Positions 33,103 to 46,300 of a stretch of DNA of 64,000 nt are shown here, in pieces. A model generated the notes under the pieces. That model saw nothing but the letters and a program-made list of their open reading frames with translations, was not told the DNA's origin and did not search any database. This stretch comes from Phallusia mammillata (taxonomy: Eukaryota), in NCBI GenBank assembly GCA_965637545.1, contig OZ281495.1, forward strand, positions 3,224,001 through 3,288,000, written 5' to 3'. Positions within the stretch are counted from its first letter, which is position 1. Each line of letters starts with the position of its first letter. A program made the translations under genes and the position numbers.

Positions 33103-36100
33103 TTAAGTGACGATTCTCTAAGAAAAGAGACTTGACGATATCTCGTAGATTTGGATTCTTAAACCTGATCTCCAGTTTTATCTCCTTAAATCCGTGTTTC
33201 CAGTTTTCGCCGTCCGTCCTTCTCAGGCGAAACTGCCAGGAATCTCTGATGCCCTCCAGTATAGCAATATGTTCATCAGGGTTTGCTACCGCGTTTCCAG
33301 CACTAACTTGGATTTGAACATCTTGTCTTTGGTTTCTGCATTTAGAAAATTACAAAGAAAATGATCTATGTTGTTGGATAAGTTTAGTTAAAGTTTCGAT
33401 TCAAACCAAATTCTTTCATATAAATGAGGGAGTGACCACTAGACGACGGTATCCATGCAGTATAATGCAAGAGATGTTGATTTGTGCTTCATAATAACAT
33501 CTTGGGTTGCTGTGGTCGGTGATTGTAGGCTAATTTTAAATACTTCATCTTCAAATATTTTACCATTAACAACGAAAAGACCCTCACCAGACTACGTATT
33601 ACAGGCTAATGCTAAATACGTTTTAACAAAACACAGTTTTTGATTTAAGTACTAACCCCAACAGAATAATCTTGTCAAAAACCAGGTTAAGCGACGTCAC
33701 ATCTTTTGCTGACTCAATGTTGTCGCAAATAAACACATGTGCGATGATTTCGGATACGATGTCTTCTTCGCAAGGAGAAACTGCCAGGATGATTGCCGTC
33801 TCTTTCATCAGACCAAAAAACTTTCCGACAACGTCATAGCTATATACAAATTGTTTCAATTGGTAATGTAAACCTTTTCGTATTATACTGAACAGTGTGT
33901 AATGCCATACATGCTAAAGTGGTCGGTTTTGAAGGTGAATGATCGGGTGGTTTGGTCCATCAAGCATTGTGTCAGAACTTCCCAGTCGGAATCGTTTGTT
34001 TTGTGGCGAATCTTGGCCAAATAGGAAGACAACTTGAATAAGTTGTTTATGAGTTCAATTATGATTATTATAACAGTTTGTGAAAATAGTTAAAAATGCC
34101 TTGCCAGGACAAACAAAACTCAATCACTCAATAACAAGTTAACTTACTTTTACGGCAACAGGAGATGCTTCGACATTCCGGTAGCAGGTAGGGAGTATGA
34201 TTTCTATAGGTTTCCGAAACTTGAAACCTTCTGGCTCACATTTCAACATCGGAGTGAGTCGGTCAACGATGGGATTGTCAACGCCGAATAACGAAGTCTT
34301 AAAAAATACAATTATTTTTCTTTGAGGACTTAAAAACCATAGATGCAACATAGAGCTGTGGTTTTTAAACTTGTTAAGCTTGTGGCCATAGAAATTAAAC
34401 ATTTATTCCCTACCCAGGGCTTGCTTAAAAGTGTTTTGAAATTAATTTGTTACTCTAATACGATGGACGAGACTTTCTTTGGTGTCATGCACATACACAT
34501 TTTGTTGTAAGTCTTAAAACATGAAATGGGACATGAACTCGGATATTTCTCGGCTTTATATTGGGTAGAGCTACTAACACCATACCTCAATGCAGCTTCA
34601 CATTGAGCTAAATTTGGATAGGTGACACAAAGAGCCGAATTATTAATTTACAAGCTAAAGAGGGGTAGAGTTGAGTAGTAAGTTTTTGACGCATTTACGT
34701 TACAAAATATAGTTTATACACATACTTTTATATAGTTCATACAAATTATATACTTATAATTTTTTTTAAGTTAGACTGATGCGACTGATTGTTATTTAAA
34801 AGTTGTAGTTTTAAGACCTTTCGGTTTGTGGATCCATACTTGGAAGTGATTACAATTTGCACCTCATCATCACAAGCACCTTGGGGAATTTTAACTTGAC
34901 AGCCACCCGCTCTTAGCGTTCCTCCTTCCAAACCCACGCGTTGCGAATCGGTGTGATAGATATAGTTCTGTTTGAACAAGATAAAATAGGTTAAAAACTT
35001 ATTTCAACGCTTTCAACCGCCAAAGCATAGAGGTACACGAAAATGCTGCAGTTGTGAATAGGTAACGTTGCAGTAGAGAGCTACAGTGTATGTGCATGTT
35101 TTTACATGGTACAAACCAATATAATAAAAAAGCCACTTTACATTTTGTATAACTTTCATAGCAGTTGTTCTAATTGTTATTACCCCTGCTAATAGAACAA
35201 CAAATTGAGTTTTATTCACCATTTTATCATAAAACTAAATAGCCAATGATCACGTCACATAAGGATAAAGTAAAAGAAAGATCTATTTCTATGTAAATAA
35301 CTAACCCCTGCAATGACCCCTCTTCGGGGGTAATTATCCACAAGTTAACCAACCTCAGGTTTGCGTGTAAATACCGACCTGTTGAGATGTTACTTTTGAC
35401 CCAGTTGAGCGAAAGAAAACTGAAACTATTTCTTCCAAATGTGTAGAAACTTTTACACTGGTTGCAGGTGGTGGTGTATGAGACTTTACATCCTGGTCTT
35501 GGATACTTGATACGTCATTGCCTTCCTTTTTCTGAATCTGTTGTTCACCGTTAAAATTACTAGCAATTTTGAAGAACAGCAGTGCTTTGCGATATTCCCG
35601 TTGATCCATGTGCGTTTTGGCGATTTCCCTTACATCAGCTGCAGTAAATTTGCGTTGACCTTGAAAAAGTAAAATTATCGTGTCGATCTTGTATCCAGAG
35701 TTGCACAGCCATATATAAATCATTGCACTTTAACTAAAATACATTTAAATGACTTCCAACTACATCGTTGCAATAAACACTTCAGGGGAAACGTTTTGTT
35801 TGTTTACGTTTTTTTGTACCCAGTGTAGGGGCAACTTTGAATGCTAACAATGTGTATGCTGTCTTAGGTTTCTTGCTCTATGGAACGCAATGCGGTTAAG
35901 ACAAAATTATACCCTATAACCGTGTAAATACAAGGCGGTTAAAGACAATCCACAAAATGTTAGATTATTTTTTTTTGTAAACTCACGTTTGAGTAACTTT
36001 GTGAATTTCTGTCTTATCAATGACGCTTCTTTATAGTTTTTTTCTTTTAAACTGTTATGGTATTTCTGAATCAGCTGGTCTTCAAGTAAACGTTTGTTTT

Positions 36101-36436
36101 CATCTGAAAGTAAGTGAGTATGCAAATAGTTGTTTTCTTTGCGTTCACTAATAATATGTTCTGGTTGTCGTTATTAGTATCTTTGTTTCTAAAAAAAGTA
36201 GTTATTAGTTAAAGTTATTGTGAACAGTTAGCATTGTGGAAATGCAACAGCATTGCTATGTTAACAGAATTTGGTCAAAAAAAAAGGTTCTAAATTGTAC
36301 CTCACATCGAACTTAAACTTACTTTTAAGAAATTCAAATAGTTCCTGATCAACTGCTTTTGCTTCGTCATATTTCCTTGTTAGAAAATTAATAAAATTTT
36401 GAATCGTCTCATTCAGGCTTATATTATTATATTCAC
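33103..36436 (-). CDS. Module A: second copy of helical/TPR-like + ZU5(HFS) + UPA-like module
   Basis: Exons 36323-36436, 35987-36103, 35379-35659, 34818-34967, 34148-34297, 33911-34011 (..FKTDHFS), 33657-33839, 33103-33335. Four exon lengths (281,150,150,101) are identical to module B, and intron positions are conserved. Confidence 0.8.
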
Positions 36437-37953
36437 CTGAAGATACAAAAATTGATAAAAACAGCCGTGAAACACTTAAACTGTATTGTTGTATGTGTTT
36501 ATCAGTTGTACAATGGTTTATTAGTGCACGTAGATATTTAGCATAAAGGGCTTGTTTCGAATGCAATACGGATGAAGTTAGAAAGGTGGCTTTCTAATAT
36601 ACTTTCATTTTATATATTCTATATCATATTCACCAATTTAATATACACATCATTTGATTTACAAATATGATTGTTTTTGCAAACAAAAACGAATGGGTCC
36701 CCACACGCGTGTTTGTGCGGATTTACGGAAAGAAAATCTTGCGGTTATTTTTAAAATTCTTAAGGACAAATTATTAGAAAGCACTAACCCAAAGTATTTA
36801 TTTTGCATGTCCGTATTCTTTTTGCATCATTATTGTCACATAAATTTATTGTTCTTCAGTAGCCTATTGCGGTGTAGTTGCCGAACGACCGTTTAAAAAT
36901 CTTTTGACATGGTTTTAAATAGCACACAGTCCTTAGTAATTAACAATAATGTTTCTCTCAATATATATTTGACTTACGTATTGTTTCTGGAGTATATGTG
37001 TAAAAATTAAAGAAGCTACGTTGTGACAAAAAAATCATTCTCAACTGTGTTCTGCGTTTCCTACAAGTTGACCTTCAGTCGTCATAAGACGGCCAACTTG
37101 TCAATTACCGTTTAATAACTTTTTATTGGATCTTTAGAAAACATGTAGGTTTTTACCTTCATGTTAATCAACAACGTTTGCCTGAAATGTACAAAACCGA
37201 AATATCGTTTTAATCACTTCTAAGATACAAAACTTTGGCCTAAGCTGAAAATACGCGTGCTAACGTAATAAAACCACATAGCATTACTGCGCTGATGTCT
37301 ACTAATCAAAAAGACTGCCTCTTAAAACGTCCGTCCACGCGTTCAGTTGCGATTTCCCGCTATGCATTAATTTGCCGCAATTGTAAACCAGTGAATTACT
37401 CCCTTGGGCTTTCCAGTGTACACATATTATGGGCTGTAACGACAACCATTAGGCCATTGGGCCGAAATTTTGATCACCAAATGAGTAACCCACTGCAAAC
37501 ATTTTTTTCCTAAAAATTTAACTTTTAGCAAATATAAAACGGGCTTGCATTTCTGACCTAAGGGACTGGAAAAAGTGAAGCCAATTATTTCGGGGTTAAA
37601 GGGGTGCAAAATGGGTAAATCCAATAAAAAGTTAGAATATTTAGAATAGCTTACATTGCACCAACCAACAAAGCATGAAACTCCTAGATCATGTACTTAG
37701 GTCAGTACAGCTGTTTTAAAGAAATTACGTTTTGGGGACCTGTTGTTGAACCCTTGGATCATTTTGGGTCAAACTTTAAGAGGAATAAATATGGATAAAT
37801 AATTAACATCTGTGTAAATTTGAATAAATTTAAAGCACGCTTTCTTGACCAAACGCGTATAACAAACCAGCGTTGGACAGAAAAAAGAAAAAAATACGGA
37901 CAAAAACAATATGTGTCACGGAAACGGGACCCCTAACAAGCAAAAACTTTTAC

Positions 37954-40900
37954 TTATGCCCAAGTGACGTTTCTCCAAGAAAACAGACTTGACGATATCC
38001 CGTAGATTTGGATTGTTAAAACTGATCTCCAGTTTGATCTCCTTAATCCCTTGTTTCCAGTTTTCGCCGTCCGTCCTTGTCAGGCAAAACTGCCACGAAT
38101 CTCTGATGCTCTCCAGTGTAGCAATATGTTCATCAGGGTTTGCTACTGTGTTTTCAGCACTTACTCGGATGTGGACATCTTGTTTTTGGTTTCTGTATTG
38201 GGTTTTACTTACATAAGACCGGTGATTTTGCATGTACAAACTTACAAAAATATAAATAAACCAATACATAGCCGTCTATGGAAGTGCATGTTTGGGGAAT
38301 TACAAACCATAGTATGCGTGATTTATTTTACCTGTTTTTTTTTATTTTATGAAATTTTGCTTGGCATTTTTTGCGTAATATTTATTTGGTAACGTCAGTC
38401 CACTATAAATGCTACCGCAATGATGCAAAGCCATATTTGTCAGAACTTGTTATTCAGAATTATTTAGGCTGCTGGAAAACATGTTTCAACAAAACACCAC
38501 AGTTTTTAACCTTAGAACTAACCGCAGTAGCACGATCATATCCAAAGCTGAATTAAGGGGCTTCTCATTTTTCGTTGACTCAATGTTGTCACAAACAAAC
38601 ACATGAGTCACAATTTCGGATACGATGTCTTCCTCATAAGAAGAAACTTCCAAGGTGATTGCCGTCTCTTTCATTAAATCGACAAAATCGCCAGCAGTGC
38701 AGATTCCGTCAAAGCTTTGAACAATAATTTTGGAATTTGAAATAATTACTAGAATGCATAAACATAACAGTATGAGAACATACATGCTAAAGTGGTCAGT
38801 TTGGAAGGTGAATGATTGAGTTGTTTGGTCCATTAGGCATTGCGTCAGAACCTCCCAGGTAGAACTGTTGGTTTTGTCACAAATCTGCGCAATACATGGT
38901 TGATAGCTATAGAACGATAGGTTAACAGGAAACGCACACCGTTTTGAAACTTTTGGAGGCAGACCTGTATGTCATGGGTTATACGTTGGTTTAAGAAATA
39001 CCTTTTAAGCTAATTTAAAGTATTTACCGAATCACAGGTGAGTATAAACAGCAGCGTATGATATTTTTACTGGTAAACAGCACTTAATTGTTTTAGTTAT
39101 TACTCGTCTGTTTGAATTAAAAAATAAATATTTAAATCGGTGGAGCTGTAAAAGTAAGAACTAAAATCACAAAATTCCGTATACATTAGATATTAAGTTC
39201 GCACGTTAATAGCTCCACCAATAACCTAAGCAGCAGAGACATAATTTGGTAGAAATATACAAAGGCAAAGCTGTGCTTGTCCTTGACTGTCGTTTTCAGC
39301 ACTTACTGCGACAGAAACAGGAAATTCTTTGACATTCCGGTAACATGTAGGGAGTGTGATTTCTTTTGGTTTCCTAAACTTGAAACCTTCTGGTTCACAT
39401 TTCAAAATCGAAGTGAGTCGGGCAACAAAACCATTCTCAATGTCTAACGGCGAAACCTTAAATAATAAAATTATTAAACATTAAAGTTTAGTGATTAGAG
39501 ATAGTACGTATATACCACTGTGTTTTTCCTATTTTGATCATGGGGTTCACCGAGAAACTAGATGTTTTGCCACCCTTGATCCCCAGTTGTTCTTTTTGTG
39601 TTACGACACACAGTTTAAGAATTACGGACACATTGACTATGAATAAGCCAGTAATGGGGACCCATGAAAAAATAATAAAAAAAATCTAAACATAACATGA
39701 CAAAAAATAGTAAATGTGAGGTTCGCGAGAGCTTTTTGAACAAACTGAACCTTCCTTTTAATTTTCTTATTGAAAATCGCGTTTTTTCACACATGTACAA
39801 ACTTTTATCACGCTAACATGTAACATTATCTGCAATAACCTCTTTGCCTCGCTGTAGTAACGTATTGTACTCTACTCTTCATTACCTTTCCCACGGTTAT
39901 ACAACATATGTTTAGCCATCCAATTCAAATCTAGCCCTGTACTTTTTCTTGGCCAAATAAAAAACAAATCAAAAAACTAAACATAAACCAATTGTGTCTG
40001 TTGTTTTTTAACATAAATTCTAGTTTTAGGTGAAGACCTTTCCGTTTGAGGATCCATATTGTGAAGTGATTACAATTTCCACCTCATCATCACAAGCACC
40101 TTCAGGGATTTTAACTTGACAGCAACCCGCTCTTAGCGTTCCACCTTTCGCACCCACGCGTTGTGAATCGATGTGAACGAAATATCTCTGCATGCGAAAG
40201 GATAACAAAAGTTGAAAACAGTAATATTACTCAAATTTCGGCACTCTTCAACCAAACTGCATCACAGCATAAAAGTGCACCATAAAAAAATATTGAGTAA
40301 ACGTTGCCGAAAAGAGGTACAGTGTGTGTTTATGTATGGTACCCCTATTCAAATACATTTTGCAGTGGTTCCTAACCGGGTATGAATTCGTCTCAAGGGA
40401 GCATATTCTTAAACTTCAGGGAGGCATTTATTTTATCTACATGTGGTTTGTAAATAGACATTACAGCTCTGGGAATATAACCTGTGAAGTTAATAAAAGG
40501 CCTAATTTTATCTTGGTATGGTGTAACATCTGCTATGCAGTCTATTGGGTAGGAATGAAATTATTTTTTGTGAAGTGAAGAATTTTTCAAAATAGGTTGG
40601 AAATCATTGTTTTAAAAGCAAAACAAGGGCGATGGATAGGCACAAACCTGTTGAGATGTTACTTTTGACCGAGTTGAGCGAGAGGAACACGAAACTTTTT
40701 CTTCCAAATGTGTAGAAACCTTTACACTGGCTGCAGGTGGTGGTGTATGAGACTTTACATTGTGATCTTGGACACTCGATGCCTGATTGCCTTCCTCTTT
40801 CTGAATCTGATGTTCCCCGTAAAAATTTCTTGCGATTGCAAAGAACAACAGTGCTTTGCAATATTCTTGGTCTTTCACGTGCTTTTTGGCGATTGCTCTC

Positions 40901-42915
40901 ATATCCTCTGCAGTGTAATTGCGTTGACCTTAAAAAACAAAATTACTGCGTCGATATTGTGTCTTAAGCTTCTTATTTTATTGCAAGCCTGTTGAATCAG
41001 TTATATTTGATTCATTTCTCTCTACTCAACAGGTTCCACAATGTTGTAGAGCAATACTGCTTCAGTTTCTCGCCAGAGTTGTAAACGAGCCTGAAATTGG
41101 ATCCCGTACCCGAAAGTACAAGCCCCAAACCCGGCCTGTACCCGAATCGTTTGTGAGAAGACAGTTAAGGCCTGAAAGGTCCGATTTACAACTCTGACTT
41201 AAGCACAAGACCGCGCCCACCACTCGGTCTATTTTTATTAAGTTTGTGTGTTCTAATCCTATTTCGATCGCTTGTGTTTCCCTGAGCAAATATTTTGAGT
41301 GACATTGCTCCAACCCAGTGGTACCCGATGAGTAGAACTAATAAGCTCACCAAATCACTGCAAGCCGTAAAAGTCGAATAAAAAAATAATTAATCTGACT
41401 TGCAATATAACAGGAAGCTCGATGGTAGACTAATTGTGAGTATAACGCATATAGGCGTTCTCCCCACTCTAGAGATGGACCGAGCCGAGCCAGACCCCTG
41501 TACACGGTACCGAGCATCGCTGTTTTGATGCTCAGTGCTCACAATTTGATCTGAGCATTATATTTTCATGTTAATGCCCAGCTAATATACGAAACTGGTG
41601 TTCGAAAGAGTATAAAAGTACAAAAATGACCGTTTTTAAAGCGTTAGATAGTAAAATAACGCGTACATTTTGAGGCCTGTACAGCTTATAATACACCGCG
41701 GATAACGCAAGTGACATGTTAAAAATACGAAACTATCGTTTTATTTTAGAACAAATGTTGGCCGGCTAGAACAAATGTAAAACGTAATTAGCCTCCAGAT
41801 AAAGTTTGCAGACTGACTAATCGTTTTTTAACAAACTCACTTTTGAGCAGCTTCGTAAGTTCCAGTATTGTCGATTTTGCTTCGTCATGTTCAAGGAATT
41901 TTTGAATCAACTTCTCTTCACGTGGACATTTGTTCTCATCTTAAAACAAAATGTTTTTTGAGGCTAACTATTCACTCCAGAATTATTTAAATTGCACAAA
42001 AATTAACAGTGTAAAAACGAGTATCATTAATAAACAATATCATTTTGCCCACAGACAAAATCAGTAACTCATTACCAGGCTGACAACCATGACAGAGGCA
42101 ACCTTACATCCACAGAACTGTAATGATAATAAAATACAACTATTCTGTTGTGTTACACAATTGTTTGCACGGTGGTAAAACTTATGTTTCATTTCAAAAG
42201 CGTAGCGTACGACTTCGCGTGACGTCGTCAATGTTTCAATTGATTCGGCCGAATTTATTTGGCAAAACTGTCGAATATTCGGTTCCTGTTAGAACCCTAT
42301 TTAGCCGATTTGGTGCATTCTAGTTTTACAAATCCCACTTGGATCTAAACAGCAAATATCTTAATTACACTTTGTGATGTTTTTTACCAGTTGCAGCTTG
42401 TTAGTGCACCGGAGTTGAAAAGTGTGATTCGGGTTCGGGCTAAGTTTTTATACTCGGGCTTGATTCGGACCTGACTTCACACTTAGCATCATTTTTGCTG
42501 AATTTTCACCGACTTTCGGGCTTGATTTAATTTAATAGATTTAATATTCAAGGTCAGGTTCGGATCGGATCGGGTTTCAGGCCCTAATTGCAGGTCCACA
42601 ACTCCTAGTGAGACACCGAACCGACTTTTAGATCATTTGAATGTTGATCGACTTTCTCGGATGCATGTTTCGGAATTGCGTATCATTTTGGCCAAAATAG
42701 TTTTTTTCACAAACTATCCTGTTATTCTAGAACAAATGTTGGCCGGCTAGAACAAATGTGTAATTAGCCTCCAGATAAAGTTTGCAGACTGACTAATCGT
42801 TTTTTAAGAAACTCACTTTTGAGCAGCTTCGTAAGTTCCAGTATTGTCGATTTTGCTTCGTGATGTTCAAGAAATTTCTGAATCAACTGCTCTTCCCGTG
42901 AAGGTTTGTTCTCAT
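37954..42915 (-). CDS. Module B: helical/TPR-like exons + ZU5 domain (ending in HFS) + UPA-like domain
   Basis: Exons 42817-42915, 41841-41939, 40648-40928, 40038-40187 (GAKGGTLRAGCCQVKIPEGA), 39307-39456 (LKCEPEGFKFRKPKEITLP), 38784-38884 (..FQTDHFS), 38523-38714, 37954-38192. All are phase-compatible and stop-free. Confidence 0.8.
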
Positions 42916-42920
42916 CTTAA
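41743..42920. repeat. Recent duplication of a 99-nt exon and its downstream intron (41743-41945 vs 42722-42920)
   Basis: Near-identical ~200-nt blocks (DENK..EE.LIQKFLEH.EAKSTILELTKLLK). Confidence 0.92.
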
Positions 42921-43322
42921 AGTAATTGTGTTTGAAAAACTAACTAGTGTATGAGCAAGTCAGACTAAAGAAAATATTACGCTTGTTTACGTTTTATTTA
43001 ATGATGTGTCGGCTTTGTTTACCACATCGCACAAAACTTTAGGCGACGTGCAGTGTCAGTCATGCGTAACCAAAATAAGCAGGATAACAAAAGAAACGGG
43101 AGGAAAAGAGGAGCTGGACTACCATGTTAGTATACTATAGTAACATCACTGTTTGCCTGGCGGTAAATCTTATGTTTCATGTCAAAAACGTAGAGTACGA
43201 CTTCGCGTGACGTCGCAAATGTTTTGATAAATTCGGCCGAATTTAGTTGGCAAAACAGTCGAATATGCTGTTTTCGCTTTGAACCCTAGCCTATTCGATA
43301 CAGTATGTCATCTTATAATACT

Positions 43323-46300
43323 TTAATAATCTTCTAACTTAGATCTTAATTGTTCTTCACGAAAGCTGTACCATGGGCACACAGAAACACGAAATAGCTT
43401 TTGTGTTATTTCATGTACAAGAGAGTAGCCTGTAAAGTGACCGCTAGTCAAATAATTTTTCTTTGGGGCGGATTGGTTTGCGACGCCTAATTTAAGTTTT
43501 TTTTTGTCAGCAGCCAGGAACAAGGAAAAAAAATATATGTCACCTTGAGGTGGATTTGGAGATATATAACCGGAAACTGCTCTCTGTGACGTGGGTGGAA
43601 GCTCCTTGGTGGCTTTATTTGACGCCAAATCTGAAAAGCCAGTGTTCGTTAAGATCAGCGGTTCTCTAGTTATACGCCGGTGCTTTTTAGGTGGTTTGCA
43701 AGTAGCTTTCAGCTAAACTTCGGATCAAGATTTGCAACCCAACTGATCACCCCTGTTTTGGGGCGAACTTTGTGTGCATTTATTTCTGGAAAATATCATT
43801 TAAGTTTCGCGTTGTTTTTAGCATATTGGTTGGATCAAAAAATACAAAAACTTTCAACAGAATTATAGCAATATATGAGTAAACTCAAACGCTTTTGTAG
43901 AAATCTTATTGATGCAATACTTTGGAAATCCGTTGTAACCATTTGATATAATTTCAAAATACACAAATCGCCCGACAAGCAAAATCATCCGGTATACAGC
44001 CCTGTTAGAAAGGCATGTATGATGTCCTTTGTCTCAGCGCTTGTGTCGATAACAAGTGAATACAAATAACTTTATTCTAGCTGTGTTTCAAGTACTCATA
44101 AATTGATTTAAATTTGAGATAATATACAGTAAATGGCTTCGCATTATTAATAACTACCCATTGCGATCCACTGTTAATTTCCTGATCTTGGATTTGGCCT
44201 GCCGCATTTAAAAAGTGGACAAATAAAAGCAGGGCGTAAATCGTAGCTTTGGCTTGTGTTTAAAATCTCTTGATCATCAAAAAGTTTTGCAGTTTTACAA
44301 AGTTGATTTTGAACTCTCATTCAAACAAAATCGATAGTTCGCGTAGCGTCGCTTTTTCTATAATAAATCATAATACGCTATTAAAATGAAGCCGATCTTC
44401 AAAGCATGTCATATAAAAATCTAGCCAACATCTAGATTTGAACGCACCACAGGACTTTATCTAAAAACAACTGGATAACTTTTATATTTCCGTATTACGG
44501 ACCCGGTGTTGACTCTTTTTGGAGTCTCTTCGTCGGCTGTGTTGAGGTTATACTGGTTTTGCCTCGAACTGCGACGTTATCAGTGGCACTTTTGCTTTCC
44601 GAAGTCAAACCCCGTTCGTCTCTTAAACGTTGGAAACCAGGAGCCTTTAGGTCTTGGGTCAATCCCAGTGGTGACGTATGTGTAAAGGTTTTGGTGCTTT
44701 TACGCGTTTCTGTTAAATCTATAAATGTTAAATCAAATGTCAAACAACTATGTGTAAAGAAACAACAAACACACAATGTATATTTCAGAATCGCGATGTT
44801 AATTGTGCAAAACATCTTTGCAAAATAGCAAAACAGAATACACAGTGGTTTTGTTCCAGACTTGTAAGTTACACCTTTCAACCTTACAACGAGATGGTTT
44901 GTACAGAAAACCGATCCCAGGTCGGTTACAAGGAACAACACGGTTGGAAATTTACAACAATGCCAGTCAAAACTCACAAATTGAATAAGGTGAAACCAAC
45001 GTTAAGTTGGGATACAATGAGAAATTTTAGATACGCAGCTTGCTCGTAGACCTAGTTTACCTCAACATTTGCACCCATTTAAAACACTAAATCGTTAACA
45101 GAAAGAAAGCAATGCGTGAGCTCTTACGTTTGGGTAGAAATCGATACAAAAACATTTGATCATAATTCATAATATTTCAAAAAGTATTTTTTGTAGACGT
45201 GCATTACTCCAATGGGTCGGAAACGTACGTCCGCCAACCAACTTATCCGGCCCGCGGTCCTCTTATATAAACAAGTCGGGTTATAAAAACTCACTTTTTG
45301 GGAGGAATAAAGCCATATTTTCATTTGTATTTAGAGTTCTTCCTGTATAACACGTTCAAAAATCCTGGATAAATGTAGGTTATATTTCCGTATCACTGAC
45401 CTGGTGTTGACTCTTTCAAAGGTGTTTTCGTCATCTGTGTTGAGGTTACGTTGGTTTTGCCCTGGACAGTGACGTCATAAATGGCGCCTTTACTTTTCGA
45501 AGTCAAACCCCGATCGTCTCTTAAACGTTGAAAATCTGAAGCCTTTAGGTCTTTGGCCATCCCCAGTTGTGACGTATGTGTAAGGTTTTTGGTGCTTTCA
45601 CGTGTTTTAGTTAAATCTATAAATGTCACACCAGCAATTAAACAGATGTGTATAAAACAGAAAAAACGCGATGGTGACTGTGAAAAACACTTTTACAATG
45701 TAGCAAACAAGAATGACGCAGCGCTTTTGTTTCAGACTTGTAAGTTAAACCTTTCAACCTTACGAAGGGAACGGCGTGAACAGAAAACCGATCCCTGGGT
45801 TACAAAGGACAGCATGGCCGGGAATTTACAACAATGAAAGTCAAAACTCACAAAGCCGCAAATTAAATAAGGTGAAGCAGACGTTCAGTTGGGATATCAA
45901 AAAAAATATTTGATAGCGATATCAGATTGCTGCTTGTATTTGATTGGCACGTGTTGCATTATCTCGCAATGTTTACTTGTTAATGCTGGTGATCCCGAAA
46001 ATGTTACTGCTTGTATATTTTGGATTGTTTTAGGAAAACCTGGGGTTTGTATTATGATCATGCTTTAACTCAGGAAGTTTTAAACCACATGCGGCCTGTG
46101 AACACTTTTTTGGACAAACCACTTTACCTGACGTTAAATCGATCGCATCTATTTTCTCATCTTTCGCACTGCTCTGATTTTTAGTCGAATCGAATAATTT
46201 TTTTTCCTTGGCAATTGTTTTTGTTCCTGGAAAAAAAGGGGTTGTCAGTATTAAGTTTCTGCTGACAGTCACCGTTAAAAAAAACTTAATTATGTCACCT

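Noticed and set aside
33623-34011. Apparent frameshift/stop suggesting module A is a pseudogene, and a hydrophobic TM-like stretch VLILLCLCILVII in module B
   Set aside because: Both are explained by a conserved 69-71 nt intron (AT|gtatg...ag|C) right after HFS.
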